From positions 59,706,001-59,770,000 of the forward strand of contig NC_073383.1 of assembly GCF_028641065.1 (NCBI RefSeq): 64,000 bases of DNA, written 5' to 3'. Shown piece by piece: positions 35,347 to 47,875 of the stretch. The position numbers and the translations under genes are program-made. Source of the DNA: Leucoraja erinacea (Eukaryota). Within the stretch, counting starts at the first letter, position 1. Each line of letters starts with the position of its first letter. The notes beneath the pieces are model-generated. The model made no database searches. It was not told the origin of the DNA and saw only the letters and a list, made by a program, of their open reading frames with translations.

Positions 35347-37363
35347 CTTAACTAAAACTCTCATCTTGTTCTCTTCCAGTTTGTGTTGTTTTTAAATTTG
35401 CGCGAAAAAGGCTACGCGATAGCGCTACGATTTTACTTACTCGTCTTACTCGCCATTCTCCTGTGCTGCAAGTGCACCAACTTTTGTTCAGATCAGTGGA
35501 ATATTACTAAAGTTATGAAGGTTTAAATATCGTAAAATCCGCCACTTTCGGCTCCCACTGTCAATCACCGGCAGCGAGGAGAATAAAGCTGAAAGAGTGG
35601 AGTGAGCACAGTGTGGGGAGCGAGCTGCGTCGGCCATCATGATGAGCCGGTGAGTGAGTGCAGCCGGCAGGCAGCTGGTGAGTGAGTGAGTGCGGCTGGG
35701 AGTTGGGGAGTGAGTGCGGCTGAGAGCCGGGGACTGCCGGCTGCACTCACTCACTGGCTGCCTGATGGCCGCATTCATTCACTCACTCCCCGGCTGCAGG
35801 ATGCTCCCCCCCATTGGCACCCGACAGCCTCCGCATGAAGCCATCCCCCCCCCCCCGTTTGCAAGGACCCCCCACCCCCCCCCCCCCCCCCACTGGCCCC
35901 CGATAGCCCCCATCTGAAGCCATCCCCCTCCCCCAGTTGCAGGACAATCCCCACCCACCAGCTCCTGACAGCCCCGGTCTGAAGCCATCCCCCTCCCCCG
36001 TTTGCAGGATGCTTCCTCCCCCCCTGGCCCTCGACAGGCCCTGCCTGAAGCCGTCCCCTTCAGTCAGCTAGAGTATGCTCCACCTCACCCCAACTGACCC
36101 CCGACAACCCCCGCCTGAAGCTGCCCCACCCCCCCCCCCCCCCCTCCCACCGGCCCCCACCTGAAGCCATCCCCTTCCCCCGGCTGAAGGACACTCCCCA
36201 ACCCCAGCCCTCGACAGCCACTGCCTGAAGCCATCCCCCTCCCCCGGCTGCAGGACGATCCTCGTGAGCCCCCGCCTGAAGGCGTCCCCGCCCGCGGCTA
36301 CAGAACGCTCCCGCCGGTTGCCACCTGAAGACATCCATGTCCCTAGCTGCAGCACTGCTTTCTCTGCCCCATCCCAACTACCCAATGTCTAAAGCCGTGT
36401 CCCTCCCCGGCTACAAAATGCTTCTGCCAGCACCTGCATGAAGCCATTCCCCTCCCCCGGATACAAAACGGTTCCCACCAGAAGCCGTCCTCGGCTACAG
36501 GACGTTCCCTCTGGCCCTGCCTGAATCTGTCCCCCTCTGGACCATGCCTGAAGCTGTCCCCAACCCCAGCTACTGGATGCTCCCCACCAGTCCCCACCTG
36601 AAGCCAGTGGGGAGCAGCAGCGATAGGCTGTGGCTGCAGTAGGCAATAGCAGGGCTACATAGCAGCAGGGGTAGACAGCGGCAGGAGTTGGCAGCGGCAG
36701 TGGTAGGCTACGGTAGCACTCCTTCCCTCCCCATCAGCCTTCGACAGACCCTGAAGCCTGCCTCTCCCCAGGCTGCAGAACCTCCTCCAATTGGCCCCTG
36801 ACAGCCCCTGCCTAAAGCGTCCCCTCCCTCCCCCAATCAGAACGCTCCCCCCCCGACAGCCCCTGCCCCTGCCTAAAGCCCCCCCCCCCCCCCCCCCCCC
36901 AGCTGCAGAATGCAACATGAGACTCAACAAGAAAGTACTGCTGAATAAATCTCATCTTTAACATTTAAATTGGTGTGATATTAGAAGAGTTATTCACATT
37001 TTAAGCTTCAATAAATACCTTTTCCACTTGCCGTGCCTGTCAGCTGTGCCTGCGCTGCAATGCATGCGTGTTCTACGTCACATTGGGAACACAATGGGCG
37101 GGAACGGCTGCGCTGCCGAAGAGCCGGTAAGAGTGGATGGGGGGGCGGGGCAGGGGGGGAATGGAGTGAATGCATGGGGGATGGGAAATGGCAAGGGGCA
37201 TAGTGGAGGAGGTTGAGAGGAGGAGGGGGATCAGGAGCATCTCAAAGGGAACCCATCAGCCGCACTTGCTCAGTTGGGGGCTATGGGTGAGTGGTGGAAT
37301 ATTGCCTTGGGGGACCGGGCCTCCTGTGTGAGAATGTGACCCAACGGGTCTCACTCAGTCTCG
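35341..37363 (+). mobile_element. Non-autonomous Helitron-like element with internal minisatellite
   Basis: 5' TCTATCCTTAACTAAAA. Subterminal hairpin GACCC-AAC-GGGTC followed by tcactcagtCTCG|T (a CTAG variant). The 3' end resembles that of 24587-25852. Confidence 0.6.
35785..36905 (+). repeat. Degenerate GC-rich minisatellite, unit about 50-65 bp
   Basis: Recurring cctgaagccatccccctcccccggctgcagga...gacagcccc. Confidence 0.85.
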
Positions 37364-38680
37364 TACGTAATGTGATTACTTGCCGATTGATGGATCGGTA
37401 TTGAACTGCTTGGATCTGTTCATCTTTGAAAAGCAAATGCAAGTTTGGTGAAACTGCACAGTGATTAAAGTACTTGGAAAATATTTGCTGTGTGGCAACA
37501 ATGAAAGGCATTGATCATTAAAATGTTTAGCAGCAAATGGAATATCACATAACTTCAAGCAGTTTGAACATTGATATCCTCTGCATCTTGCATTCAATTT
37601 TGAGAGACAATTGAAGGCAAACAGCTCTTAAATGTATGCCCAGAGCCTTATGTTGATTTTTTGATTATATGCCTCTCTCAGTGCCTCTCTCCAGCATTAA
37701 ATTTATTTAATTATTTGGTTTTCCTCCCCAGAAGGTTCCTGAATCGTCTCAAAATCCCCTCTCAAAATTAATTATGAGTGCAAGCTGACACTTGTGAGCT
37801 TCATCAAATCGCTTGTTTTAAAGAAAAATATGAGTATTCTCTGCAGAATTACATTGAAGGCACATTGCGAGTTAATGACAATGATTAATCTGTCACCACT
37901 TGAAGAAACTAAATCACTGAAAGTCTGGCTAACTTCTAAGGCATAAGAGAAATATATTGAAGCCATTGTATCTGTATTCTTTACTTCAAAATATTGTCAG
38001 CACTTGACAGTCAAATAATGGGAGCCTCAAGATAATAGTTCAAATAAAAATTGAGATTCAGTATTTTGCAACTTGCGCACATGCCTATATGATAGATTTC
38101 TTTGTCAGTTTTAAGTATTACGCTTGACAGATGGGTCATCAATTAATTTACGTTATGATCTTTGAAAAAGAATAATAATTCTTAAATAGATAGAATAACC
38201 TTTTACAATTCACCTGTAAAATCAATTACGATGTATTGCAGGGATGGATTGAAAATTAGGATGCAGCCCTTTTAAGGCTGCATCCCCAGTCAATAATTCC
38301 TCCAAGTGCTTCACTGAACGAAAAATATTACCTGGATACCTCCAATTGGAAAGGTACACTGATGTCAACTCCTGCATCTTCATCTATTGCATGTCACCAC
38401 ATGTATGAATATTCATATTTAACAGTGCATAATCACAAATATTCTCACCACATTTTATAAATGAAATGTGGCAACTGGCAAAGCACTATATTTAGCTTTG
38501 AGGGGAAAATACGCAATCATTTCAGGAATGAGCCTGGGTGACTGGAGTTGTGAGGCAGCCGCTGTAATTACTCTGCCACTAAGCCAGTTAGACAAGTTTA
38601 CCCTGCGTGGAGATTCCAGGTCAAAAAACAAAATACTGGGGACGATGCTTTGGATCAAGATCTTCTTTAGCCTTCTGATT

Positions 38681-38990
38681 TTTAGTTTAGTTTAGAGACA
38701 TAGTACGGAATTAGCCCACCGAGTCCACGGTGAGGCCCACCGTGTCCACACAGACAGGTGATCACCCCTGCACTTTAACACTATCCTACACATCTGGGAA
38801 CAATTTACACATACATCAAGTCTTTGGAGTGTGGGAGGAAACCGAAGATCTTGGAGAAAGCCCATGCGGTCACGGGGAGAACGTACAAATTGCGAACAGA
38901 CAGTGCCCGTAATCGGAATCAAATTCAGGTCTCCTGCGCTGCAAGCACTGAAAAAGGCAGCAACTCTACCGCTGTGCCACTGTGCTGACC
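38681..38990 (-). mobile_element. V-SINE (HE1-like)
   Basis: Head ggcacagcggtagagttgctgcc, V-domain gtacgttctccccgtgacc..tcctcccacactccaaag and a (CTAAA)n tail. Confidence 0.85.
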
Positions 38991-39554
38991 ATTCTAGGTG
39001 GTAGGTCCAAACCAGCATTATCTAGACCACTAATGAACAAATCACAATTCCCTAGTATTTTTTTTGCCAAATATATTACAAGCAGCATAGAAAGAATCTG
39101 GTTGCTCAAAGTGGATTACTACATACTTTAGCAATGAATAAAGATAAGTCATTCAAAGGTGTTAAGAGATTGAACTGTCGGCTGCATTCATTTTCAACTT
39201 TATACCAGAAGATTGAAAGGGGAATTACAGAAAGTAATCAGAATGGAGCTCTACCCATCACAGATTGTTACGGTAAGAGCTGATATTGAAGTATTTTAAC
39301 AAATCTAAAATTTGTAAGGAATTAACATTTTATTCAACTTATTTTAGTACACTATGGTAAATGACATACAGTTTGGAAAAACATAACATCATTAATGTAA
39401 AACTAAATGCTGTGAGAGAGGGCATCTAATGACGGGGAAGACTATTTCAAGCTTGACACCTTTCCTGTATAAACTAGATGTTCTGTTAAGCCCTGAAGTA
39501 TCTAAAGTTCTGATTATTATTCTAAACTCTCCAGACCATTTGAATTTATCATTT

Positions 39555-40005
39555 TATAGAGTCGTATAGCATGGATGCAGGGCCGTCAGCCCAACTTGGC
39601 CACACCGGCCAACATGTCCCAGCTACACTCATCCCACATGCCTGCGTTTGGCACATATCCCTCCAAACCTGTCCTATCCACATCCCTATCTTAAGCATTG
39701 GGATAGCCCTGCCTCAACGACCTCCTCTGATAGCTCGTTCCATACACCCACCACCCATTGTATGAAAAAGTCACCCCTCAGATTCCTATGAAATCTTTTC
39801 TCCTGCATCTTAAACTATTTTCTCTGGTCCTCAATTCCAGTACTCTGGACAAGAGACTCTGTGCAACTACCCAATCTATTCCTCTCATGATTTTTTACAC
39901 CTCTGTTCATGCTCCTGCACTCCCAGGAATAGAGTTCCAGCTGACTCAACCAGTCGCTGGAGCTCAGTCCCTGGAGTCCCGGCAACATCCTCAGAAATCC
40001 TCTCT
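39555..40005 (-). mobile_element. CR1 3' fragment
   Basis: agagtcgtatagcatgga..ggccgtcagcccaac tail region, followed by ORF2-end remnants. Confidence 0.75.
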
Positions 40006-40079
40006 GTATATATGTCCTCTAAAGAAGCTGCCCAAACCATTGAGTTACTCCAGCACTTTGTATTTTGCTCAAGGTTCTG

Positions 40080-40190
40080 GCCTGGGCAGTTCGAAGACCA
40101 TTTCATCCAAGACCACAAGAAATTACAGAGAATTGTGGACACAGCCCAAACCATCACACAAACCAGCCTCCTTTCCATTGACTCAATTTT
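40080..40190 (+). mobile_element. Rex1/Babar fragment
   Basis: Peptide QDHKKLQRIVDTAQTITQTSLLSIDSI, parallel to about 19955-20040. Confidence 0.65.
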
Positions 40191-40384
40191 TAATGTTTCA
40201 ATTTATTATATTGAAATCATTTAAAAAATATATTCCAAGTTGCTTGGCTGAGACATCTTTTGGAAGGATATTACACATTCCTAAACTTTGTCAAAGAAAT
40301 AAAATTTTTAATTGAATTTGATGAGAATTATAATGTTAAAAATTTCACAGAAATATATTCTGTGTTCTTATGACCAGGATGATA

Positions 40385-43300
40385 TTAGACAATACACAAT
40401 AGACAATAGGTGCAGGAGTAGGCCATTTGGCCCTTCAAGCCAGCACCACCATTCAATGTGATCATGGCTGATCATATAACCATATAACCATATAACAATT
40501 ACAGCACGGAAACAGGCCATCTCCATGCCGAACAAATTTTTTTCCCCTTAGTCCCACCTGCCTGCACTCGTACCATAACCCTCCATTCCCTTCTCATCCA
40601 TATGCCTATCCAATTTATTTTTAAAAGATACCAATGAACCTGCCTCCACCACTTCCACTGGGAGCTCATTCCACACCGCCACCACTCTCTGCGTAAAGAA
40701 GTTCCCCCTCATATTACCCCTAAATTTCTGTCCCTTAATTCTGAAGTCATGTCCTCTTGTTTGAATCTTCCCTATTCTCAAAGGGAAAAGCTTGTCCACA
40801 TCAACTCTGTCTATCCCTCTCATCATTTTAAAGACCTCTATCAGGTCCCCCCTTAACCTTCTGCGCTCCAGAGAATAAAGACCTAACTTATTCAACCTAT
40901 CTCTGTAACTTAGTTGTTGAAACCCAGGCAACATTCTAGTAAATCTCCTCTGTACTCTCTCTATTTTGTTGACATCCTTCCTATAATTTGGCGACCAAAA
41001 TTGTACACCATACTCCAGATTTGGTCTCACCAATGCCTTGTACAATTTTAACATTACATCCCAGCTTCTATACTCAATGCTCTGATTTATAAAGGCTAGC
41101 ATACCAAAAGCTTTCTTTACCACCCTATCTATATGAGATTCCACCTTCAAGGAACTATGCACGGTTATACCCAGATCCCTCTGTTCAACTGTATTCTTCA
41201 ATTCCCTACCATTTACCATGTACGTCCTATTTTGATTTGTCCTGCCAAGGTGTAGCACCTCACATTTATCAGCATTAAACTCCATCTGCCATCTTTCAGC
41301 CCATTTTTCCAAATGGCCTAAATCACTCTGTAGACTTTGGAAATCCTCTTCATTATCCACAACACCCCCTATCTTGGTATCATCTGCATACTTACTAATC
41401 CAATTTACCACACCTTCATCCAGATCATTGATGTACATGACAAACAACAAAGGACCCAACACAGATCCCTGAGGCACCCCACTAGTCACCTGCCTCCAAC
41501 CCGATAAACAGCCATCCACCATTACCCTCTGGCTTCTCCCATTCAGCCACTGTTGAATCCATCTTGCTATTCCTGCATTTATACCCAACATTTGAACCTT
41601 CTTAACCAACCTTCCATGAGGAACCTTGTCAAAGGCCTTACTAAAGTCCATATAGACAACATCCACTGCTTTACCCTCGTCAATTTCCCTAGTAACCTCT
41701 TCAAAAAATTCAAGAAGATTAGTCAAACATGACCTTCCAGGCACAAATCCATGTTGACTGTTCCTAATCAGACCCTGTTTATCTAGATGCTTATATATAT
41801 TGTCTCTAAGTATCTTTTCCATTAATTTGCCCACCACTGAAGTCAAACTAACAGGTCTATAATTGCTAGGTTTACTCTTAGAACCCTTTTTAAACAATGG
41901 AACAACATGCGCAGTACGCCAATCCTCGGGGACTATTCCCGTTTCTAATGACATTTGAAATATTTCTGTCATAGCCCCAGCTATTTCTACACTAACTTCC
42001 CTCAATGTCCTAGGGAATATCCTGTCAGGACCTGGAGACTTATCCACTTTTATATTTTTCAAAAGTGTCAGTACTTCTTTTACTTTGAACCTCATAGTTT
42101 CTATAGCTACTCTCCTAGTTTCCCTTACCTCACATAATTCAATATCCTTCTCCTTGGTGAATACCGAAGAAAAAAAATTGTTCAATATCTCCCCCATCTC
42201 TTTTGGCTCTGCAGATAGCTGTCCACTCTGTGTCTCCAATGGACCAATTTTATCCCTCCTTATCCTTTTGCTATTAATATAGCTGTAGAAACCCTTTGGA
42301 TTGACTTTCACCTTACTTGCCAAAGCAACCTCATATCTTCTTTTAGCTTTTCTAATTTCTTTAATTTCTTTCTTAAGATTCTTAAGATCTTAAGATCATA
42401 CACAATCAGTATCCCGTTCCTGCCTTCTCCCCATATCCCCTGACTCCGCTATCTTCAAGAGCCCTAACTAGCTCTCTCTTGAAAGTCTCCAGAGAGCTGG
42501 CCTCCACCACCCTCTGGGGCAGAGAATTCCACACTCACAATTCTCTGAGTGAAAAAGTATTTCCTCATCTCCGTTCTAAATGGCTTATCCCTTATTCTTA
42601 AGCTATGGCCCCTGGTTCTGGACTCCCCCAACATTGGGAACATGTATCCTGCCTCTAGCATGTCAAAAACCTTAATAATCTTATATGTTCCAATAAGATC
42701 TCCTCTCATCCTTCCAAATTCCAGTATACAAGCCCATTCTCTCAGCATATGAGGGACCCGCCATTCTCTCAGCATATGAGAGACCCGCCAACCTGGGAAT
42801 TAACCTTGTGAACCTACACTGCATTCCCTCAATAGCAAGAATGTCGTTCCTCAAATTTGGAGCCCAAAACTGCACACAATACTCCAGGTGTGTTCTCACT
42901 AGGGCCCTGTTCATCTGCAAAAGGACCTCTTTGCTTCAATACTCAACTCATCTTTGTTATGAAGGCCAACATGCCATTTGCTTTCTTCACTGCCTGCTGT
43001 ACCTGCATGCTTACTTTCATTGACTGATGAACAAGGACCCCCAGATCCCGTTGTACTTCCCCTTTTCCCAACTTGACACCATTTAGATAATAATCTTCCT
43101 TCCTGTTTTTGCTACCAAAGTGGATAACCTCACATTTATACACATTAAACTGCATCTGTCCAGGTTACCCTGCATTCTCATAGCATCCTTGTCACAGTTC
43201 ACACTGCCAACCAGCTTTGTGTCATCTGCAAATTTGCTAATTTTACTTGTAATCTCTTCATCTAAATCATTAATATATATTGTAAATAGTTGTGGTCCCA

Positions 43301-45310
43301 GCATCGGACCTTGTGGTACTCCACTAGTCACTGGCTGCCATTCTGAAAGGGACTTGTTAATCCCTACCCTTTGTTTCCTGTCTGCCAATCAATTTTCAAC
43401 CATGTCAGCACTCTCCGCTCAATACCATGTGCCTTAATTTTGCCCATTAATCTCCTATGTGGGACCTTATCAAATGCTTTCTGAAAGTGCAGGAACACTA
43501 CATCCACTGGCTCTCCCTTGTCCATTTTCCTACATCCTCAAAATATTGCAGAAGATTAGTCAAGCATGATTTTCCTTTTGTAAATCCATGCTGACTCGGA
43601 CTGATCCTGTTACTGCTATCCAAATATGCCGCTATTTCATCTTTTAAGATTGACTCCAGCATCTTCCCCACCACCGATGTCAGGCTAACTGGTCTATAAT
43701 TCCCTGTTTTCTCTCTCCCAACTTTCTTAAAAAAAGGGATAACATTAGCTACCCTCCAATCCACAGGAACTGATCCTGAATCTATAGAATCAATTGGAGA
43801 ATGATCACCAATGCGTCCACGATTTCTAGAGCCACTTCCTTAAGTACCCTGGGATGCAGATCAACAGGCCCTGGGGTTTTATCAGCTTTCAGTCCCATTA
43901 GTCTCCCCAACACCATTTCCTACCTAATGTGGATTTCTTTCAGTTCCTCCATCACCCCAGATGCTCTGGTGAGTACATTGAAACATAGAAACATAGAAAA
44001 TAGGTGCAGGAGTAGGCCATTTGTACCTTCGACCCTGCACCACCATTCAATATGATCATGGCTGATCATCCAACTCAGTATCCTGTACCTGCCTTCTCTC
44101 CATACCCCCTGATCCCTTTAGCCACAAGGGCCACATCTAAATCAAATATAGCCAATTAACTGGCCTCAACTACCTTCTGTGGCAGAAAGTTCCAGAGATT
44201 CACCACTCTTTGTGTGAAAAATGTTTTTCTCATCTTGGTCCAAAAAGATTTCCCCTTTATCCTTGAACTGTGACCCCTTGTCCTGGACTTCCCCAACATC
44301 GGGAACAATCTTCCTGCATCTAGCCTGTCCAACCACTTTAGAATTTTGTAAGTTTCTATAAGACACTCCCTCAATCTTCTAAAATCTAGCGAGTACAAGA
44401 CAAGTCTATCCAGTCTTTCTTCATGTGAAAGTCCTGACATCCCAGGAATCAGTCTGGTGAACCTTCTCTGCACTCCCTCTATGGCAACAATGTCTTTGAG
44501 CATTGGGCATTGTGACATCGCACGATGGAACGTTCACCAAGTGCTTGTGCTCCTACAAAGGCATTTGTAAATGAATCCATTCCGATTGGACATATGTCTT
44601 AAGAATTTTGTAGGTTTCTATAAGATCCCCCCTCAATCTTCTAAATTCTAGTGAGTACAAACCGAATCTATCCAGTCTTTTTCTTCATATAAAAGTCCTG
44701 ACATCCTCAGTCTGGTGAACCTTCTCTGTACTCCCTCTATGGCAAGAATGTCTTTCCTCAGATTTGGAGACTAAAACTGTACGCAACACTCCAGGTCTGG
44801 TCTCACCAAGACCCTGTACAACTGTAGTAGAACCTCCCTGCTCCTATACTCAAATCCTTTTGCTATGAATGCATCAGGAAGATTGTTTGTGTTCTCCTTG
44901 TTCCCCATAATAAATTCACCCTTTTCAGTCTTCGATGGGTCCAACTTTGGTCTTAACTAATTTTTTCCTCTTCACCTATCTAAATATGTTTTTCCTATCC
45001 TCCTTTATATTCTTGGCTAGCTTATCTACATACCTTATCTTTTCTCCCCGTATTGCCTTTTTAGTTATCTTCTGTTGCTCTTTAAACGTTACCCAATCCT
45101 CTGGCTTCCCGCTCATCTTTGCTATGTGTACTTCTTCTCTTTTATTTTTATACTGTCCCTTACTTCGCTTGTCAGCCACGGTCGCCCCTTACTCCCTTTG
45201 GAATCGTTCTCCTTCTTTGGAACGAACTGATCCTGCACCTTTTGTATTATTCCTACAAATACCTGCCATTGTTATTCCACTGTCATCCCTGCTAGGGTAT
45301 CTTTCCAGTG
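40385..45310 (-). mobile_element. Nested CR1 cluster (host CR1 plus inserted CR1 copies)
   Basis: Host tail (ACAATAG)n at about 40390. The host resumes at 42401-43970 and 44873-45310. Other CR1 pieces lie at 43981-44500 and 44600-44872. Confidence 0.85.
40477..42393 (-). mobile_element. Young CR1 LINE, 5'-truncated, with uninterrupted ORF2 (RT) reading frame 40548-42323
   Basis: 591-aa open frame with KSPGPD, NYRPVSLTSVVGK, SQHGF, DFSKAFD, GVPQGSVLGP, YADDTK and TRGH. TSD GATCATA at 40470-40476 and 42394-42400. Confidence 0.95.
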
Positions 45311-45585
45311 ATTTAATAGAAACTATTTTTAAATTTGCAAGAAATTGTATGTGCTGTATAACATTTGAACAAAGATGCCTGAATAGCAATACAACTAATT
45401 ATTTTTACACTTCACTTATCTTTTACCAATTCTAATCTTATGTTATGTGACTATAACTTCACGTTAACTATGAAGTGCAAGGATGGTTATGGTTTCATCC
45501 TCTCCCTTGCGTTTAGTTATAATTACACTTGATTACACTTGAATTAAATGCCACAAAGTGTCTTGTTATTATTTCTCCTCACAAT

Positions 45586-45830
45586 TATCACAATCACAAT
45601 AATACTTTATTAGCCAAGTATGTTTTGCATTTCATTTGCAGGAATTTCATTTGCCAAGTCAGTCATACAAATAAAAAGCAATGGAACACACCAAATACAT
45701 TTTAACATAAAAATCCACCACAGTGACTCCTCCACATTCCTCACTGTGATGGAAGGCGAAAAAAAGTTCAAATCTCTTCCCTACTATGCTCTCCCACAGT
45801 CGGGGGCCTCGAGCCCTCCATTGAGGGGAT
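45586..45830 (-). mobile_element. Truncated element with Rex1-type 3' end (copy H)
   Basis: Minus strand: gccttccatcacagtgagg..tcactgtggtggat stem and a (TTGTGA)n tail. Confidence 0.65.
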
Positions 45831-46379
45831 GTAAATCTATGTAAACTATGTTTATCTATGTAACTTGGACCAAGTTAATCTCAGTTATGAAAGACCAAAA
45901 ATCCAAACTCTCCACTGTAGATGCTGGAATATTGCTTGGAAGAGCAAGTGCTGAAGTAAGTCAGCAGGGTCAGGCAGCATTGCAATTGGTCAGGCAGAAA
46001 TTGTGGAACGAATAGACAGACAACATTTTGGGTGCGGATCCTCCAAACTCAATTTAAAGCGCTGTTGACAAATTATATTTCATGGATTCCCCAAAATCAG
46101 TCACTAGGAATGATGTACACATATCAAGGAGGATTTGAGCATATGCTTGTATATTTTCTGTCTAACTTGTAAATTCTTACAGCAACAGAGCTCAGAAAAG
46201 AACATTTATTTTGGGAGTCTAGTGTCAGATATGTGAATAACAAGATTTGTCTAACGCAGCAAATGAGTATAATAAAAGCTTAATTCCTAAGAATGTTAGG
46301 CTAGGAGATAATTGATTAGTTCACTCTTCAAATGTATTTGGAGGATTTTGCAGAACCAGACATTGAATCCCAGCTATTG

Positions 46380-46705
46380 ACACACCACAGAAACCAGGTC
46401 TTCGGCCCACCGTTGCTGAAAATAAACATTAATCCTAATTTAACCAAATGTTTTATTATTTCCAGATTATCACCAATTCCCAAGTAGGTTCTACTCCTCA
46501 ACTGTATACTAGGAATAATTTACAGTGTCAATTAATTTACCACCCCCCTCAGCTTTGGGATTTGCAAGGAAACTGAAGCAGCTAGATTAAATCTACAGGA
46601 TCACATAGAGAACATGCAAATTCCACACAGACAGCATCTGAGGTCAGGATTGAACCTGGGTCTCTGATGGTGAGGCAATGACTCCATTAGCTGTGCCACT
46701 GTGCT
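46380..46705 (-). mobile_element. Degraded V-SINE
   Basis: gtcaggattgaacctgggtctctg..tgtgccactgtgc. Confidence 0.65.
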
Positions 46706-46719
46706 ATTAATCAGTTCTT

Positions 46720-47210
46720 TGTTGATTACGTCTTTCTTGGCATCCTTTTTGGGAGCTGCTTTTTGCCACATGCATTTTCTCTGTCAATTACAGACCAATG
46801 TGCAGTTGCTTTGTATCCAATGTTTTGAGATGCCTGCTATCGGCAACCCAGGCCGTAGACGTATGTCAGAGGATGCGGTCACTAATAACCAGTAGACCAC
46901 ATTTCATGCCAGATCTTACTCTTCAGATACCCTTTCCTCAGTCGACCAAAGGCTATGCTGGTGCATTGAAGGAGGCAGTGAATTTCATTACTGAGAGTGC
47001 CGTATGCCTTCACTGAGAGGTAGGAGTTCTAGGAACTCGCTATGGATATTCGTCGTCTGAAGGGAGCGCTGTGCGCTGAGGGCAGGATGGAAGAAGACAT
47101 TCATCTTGTGGTTCTTGAGTGTAAGATCCATTCTCTCGTATGCTTCAGTGAATCAGTTGACAATTGCTTGGAGTTTGGCCTCTGAATGTACACAAATGTA
47201 ACAATTTAAC
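46720..47210 (-). mobile_element. Degraded RTE LINE fragment
   Basis: Remnants such as KINI.KTK-like, YLGS and .AA.AFGRL.KRV on the minus strand. Confidence 0.55.
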
Positions 47211-47377
47211 ATTACTATTTAGATTTCACTGAAAAAATGTGGTGTTTTCTGATACAATTTCAAGTCAGTCATTTCCTGTTGGAAGTAGGGCAATACTGAC
47301 ATTTCAACAGTGCCATTTATAAGATTATTTTTCATTGCTGAAATAGTTCCGCTGCTGCAACAGCTAAATCTGCAAAT

Positions 47378-47667
47378 GTGGCACAGTGACGCAGGGGTTG
47401 AATTGCTGCCTTACAGTGCCAAAGACCCGAGTTCGATCCCGACTACAGGAGCTGTCCGTACGGAGTTTGTATCTTCTCCACATGACATGCGTGGGTTTTC
47501 ACCGAGATCTTCAGTTTCCTCCCACACTCCAAAGACATACAGGTTTGTAGGTTAATTGGCTTGGTATAATTGTAGAAATTGCCCCAGTGTGTGTAGGGTA
47601 GTGTTAATGTGCGGGGATCGCTAGCCAAAGGGCCTGTTTCCGTGCTGTAACTCTAAACTAAACTAAA
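47378..47667 (+). mobile_element. V-SINE (HE1-like), near full length
   Basis: A-box-like tgacgcaggggt, B-box gagttcgatccc, V-domain and CR1-like tail gggcctgtttccgtgctgt..(CTAAA)n. Confidence 0.85.
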
Positions 47668-47694
47668 GACTCTCACTGATCTAAATCAACCTTA

Positions 47695-47875
47695 AGGGCC
47701 TGTCCCACATGAGATTTTTTTCGGCGACTTGCCGGCACCCGTCATAGTCGCAGCAGGTCGCCGAAAATTTTCAAAATGTTGAAAATCCAGCGGCGATCAG
47801 AAAAAGGTACGACACGTTGGGCAACTACTCACGACCAAACAGGTGTCACTCCGCGACATGTCACCACATGTTCAC
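47695..47875. mobile_element. One-ended Harbinger-type MITE fragment
   Basis: TTA|AGGGCCTGTCCCAC left TIR and internal ttttcaaaatgttgaaaa hairpin. No right TIR seen. Confidence 0.65.

Noticed and set aside
35785-36905. Regularly spaced repeat that could suggest a CRISPR-like array or a repetitive protein
   Set aside because: It is a degenerate eukaryotic minisatellite. There are no identical repeats with unique spacers, no cas genes and no maintained frame.
40548-42323. 591-aa reverse-transcriptase ORF as a domesticated host gene or novel RT system
   Set aside because: It is a 5'-truncated CR1 ORF2 with tail and TSD, nearly identical to a disabled copy at 21570-23291. Its intactness reflects youth.
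42734-42790. 27-bp in-frame tandem duplication in a CR1
   Set aside because: It lies in an already frameshifted copy and is ordinary slippage.
47378-47450. tRNA gene
   Set aside because: The A/B boxes belong to a V-SINE head that continues into a V-domain and LINE-derived tail.
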